Shown here one piece after another: positions 62,056 through 64,000 of a stretch of 64,000 bases of DNA. A program made the position numbers and the translations under genes. Source of the stretch: Abditibacteriaceae bacterium (GTDB lineage Bacteria > Armatimonadota > Abditibacteriia > Abditibacteriales > Abditibacteriaceae); NCBI GenBank assembly GCA_965277285.1, contig OZ255721.1, forward strand, positions 192,001 to 256,000, given 5' to 3'. The notes below the pieces were generated by a model that worked only from the letters and a program-made list of their open reading frames with translations, was not told the origin of the DNA and did not search any database. Position 1 is the first letter of the stretch; the number at the start of each line of letters is the position of its first letter.

Positions 62056-62110
62056 AGAACCTGCAGTGAAAATCTTAAAACTGAGTGCGATCCATCATCG
62101 AGTACTCGAA

Positions 62111-62476
62111 TCAGGAGTTTTGGCGTTTTTCTTTGTGTTGCAACAGGTTGAGCAAAATCGTCTCGATTTTCTGGAACTCCATTTTGCTGCAAAGTGCGTT
62201 CGCTCCGGCGTCGAGGAGCAGCGTGTTTCCCGCGTGGTGCGACGATGTGGCGACGATGAGCGGTTGTGGCTTCAACTCTCGCAGCGTCTCGAAAAGTTCT
62301 GTGCCTTTGCCGTCGTCCAAGTCGTAATCGAGCAAAACGGCCTCGAAGCGCGTGTTGGTCAGAGCATTTCGCGCGTCTTGCAGGCTGGCGACAATTGTGA
62401 CTTGGTGCGCGCTCAAGAATTGCGTGCTTGCGATGCGTGCAAATCGCGCATGGTTTTCTATGAAGAGGATGTTCAT
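62111..62476 (-). CDS. Atypical single-domain response regulator
   Basis: MNILFIENH..VLLDYDLDDGKG..ATSS..CSK. Confidence 0.75.
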   Translation of the reverse strand: MNILFIENHARFARIASTQFLSAHQVTIVASLQDARNALTNTRFEAVLLDYDLDDGKGTELFETLRELKPQPLIVATSSHHAGNTLLLDAGANALCSKMEFQKIETILLNLLQHKEKRQNS

Positions 62477-62484
62477 CAGCGAAA

Positions 62485-63924
62485 TTAAGCGTCCAAGCGC
62501 GAGGCGATGGTCGAAGTTTCGTCTATCGTCTTGCCGTTCCATTGCGAACTCGCGGAAATCAGCAGAGTTTGCGCGTTGGGCAAAACGGGACGCGGAATGT
62601 CGAAAATCAAGCCGCTGGATGTTTCTTCCACTTTGAACGCAATCTCGTCGTTTTGTAGGAAAGCGCGCCAACTTCCGTTCTCATATTTCGCGGTCATTTG
62701 CCAACAATAACTTTGTTCCGAACTTTCGCTGAGCGCGTGTAAGAGCAAGCCGTAATTAGCCTGATGCGAAATAGCGGCGCGCGTCTCGATTTGAATACGC
62801 AAGATGTCGTTTGTCGAAGGAACAAGGTTCAAGCGTTGAATATCAAGAGCGGAAAAAGCGTGGCGCGTTGGCGAATCTTTAACAGGATCTCGTAAAAGCG
62901 GCGTTGCATTGTCCAATCGAGTACTCGAATCGGCCAAGTTGAAGATTTCGTTGCGGCGCAAAAAGCCGCGCAAGTAATTGGGCGTCCACGTCATCTGACT
63001 TTCGTAGCATTCCAGAGCGGCGCGCTTGGCGTTTCGCGCTTGTGAATCGAGCGCGTTGTCGTTCCATTTGGCGCCGATTTGCGTCAATACATCAGGCGGC
63101 GCCAGAACGTCGTTCGGTCGGTCGCCGTGCGGCACCGGCCAAATCGCGTGATGCACCAGATACGTCCAGAAGTCGATTCGAGTACTCGATTGCAGTTGAA
63201 ATTGTTCCAGAGCCGCCAAGAGGAAACAAAACGCCGCGCGATGATCCTCATGCGTGTCGTTGCCGTCAGTCGTCAAAGCGCGCGTCGGGCGAAATTCCTC
63301 AATGATTTGAAGCAAATCGCGCACGACGCTTTGTCCGGCGTACGGCGCGCCAACCGAAAACGCGTTCGCATATGGAACGCTGTCGGCGCCGGTGAACGCG
63401 GAACGATAAGCATTGTCGATGTCCCAATAATCGCGCCACAACTTGCCCAATCCGCCGTCGGGATAACCCAAGAAAATGATGTCGTCCGCCGCGACGCCGA
63501 GTTTTGCCAGCGCATTCGTCGCTTCGCGTTGTCGCAAAGCGGCGATCTCGTCATGCGTCGGGCGTTGTTTCTGGCGCAAGGTTTCGCCGATGCGCGTCGA
63601 GCCGGAACCGTCGCCATTGGTGAGAAAAACGACGCGAACCGCAAGGTTTTTTTGACGCGCCTGAAAAATCAAGCCGCCCGCGCCCAACGTTTCGTCATCG
63701 GGATGCGGCGCCAAAACGAGCAAACGATCTTCTTCGCCAAGCGGCGGACAGGCCGGAAAGATGCGGTTTCGCACCGCCAAATCGCGGCGATAATTGACGA
63801 TTTTCCATAACAGCGGTAGCAAGGCGCACAAACCCGCAGCAGCTAATGTCCACCACAAAAGCGACGCTTGAGCGGAAGATCGAGTACTCGAATGCGAAGA
63901 GCGAAGAAGAAAGGACGGTTTCAT
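62485..63924 (-). CDS. PIG-L family deacetylase, membrane-anchored
   Basis: APHPDDETLG, TNGDG, FLGYPDGGL, HEDH and YESQ. Confidence 0.9.
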   Translation of the reverse strand: MKPSFLLRSSHSSTRSSAQASLLWWTLAAAGLCALLPLLWKIVNYRRDLAVRNRIFPACPPLGEEDRLLVLAPHPDDETLGAGGLIFQARQKNLAVRVVFLTNGDGSGSTRIGETLRQKQRPTHDEIAALRQREATNALAKLGVAADDIIFLGYPDGGLGKLWRDYWDIDNAYRSAFTGADSVPYANAFSVGAPYAGQSVVRDLLQIIEEFRPTRALTTDGNDTHEDHRAAFCFLLAALEQFQLQSSTRIDFWTYLVHHAIWPVPHGDRPNDVLAPPDVLTQIGAKWNDNALDSQARNAKRAALECYESQMTWTPNYLRGFLRRNEIFNLADSSTRLDNATPLLRDPVKDSPTRHAFSALDIQRLNLVPSTNDILRIQIETRAAISHQANYGLLLHALSESSEQSYCWQMTAKYENGSWRAFLQNDEIAFKVEETSSGLIFDIPRPVLPNAQTLLISASSQWNGKTIDETSTIASRLDA

Positions 63925-64000
63925 GGTAAAACAAAAAGATATGGCGAACACAAACGAAAATCGGGCGCGAACAGAATCGAAAGATTAACGTCCAAGCGCG

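Overview
A 64-kb bacterial chromosomal window of moderate GC. A DUF1559/H-X9-DG prepilin-like gene in a sugar locus and a solute-binding-protein/permease fusion suggest Abditibacteriota/Armatimonadota, but that is an inference. The window holds about 49 CDS, including the rpmE-DUF1385-prfA-prmC block, a LacI/prepilin/GH5/cellobiose-2-epimerase locus, a sugar ABC transporter, ndh, GH63, folD, GH51 abfA, galE, katE, a three-gene PAS two-component cluster, a GtaA-like glutaminase, thiD, MarR-EmrB and a PIG-L deacetylase. It also has tRNA-Asn(GTT), one IS5-family element and several REP/MITE families. The main observation is a 12-bp perfect palindrome, TCGAGTACTCGA (consensus WTCGAGTACTCGAW). I counted 44 exact copies by eye, about 1 per 1.45 kb, against about 0.004 expected by chance. 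Of these, 23 lie inside genes in all three frames and 21 are intergenic; some form the centre of long hairpins, sit at ribosome-binding positions, or supply gene starts and stops. It looks like a HIP1/DUS-like genome-wide signal that I do not recognise as described. Other observations are IS5-type MITE shells carrying different hairpin cargos, a split DUF1385 gene, an in-frame TGA in a secreted HEAT-repeat gene, a signal-peptide-bearing cellobiose 2-epimerase, and a beta-propeller gene missing from the ORF track.
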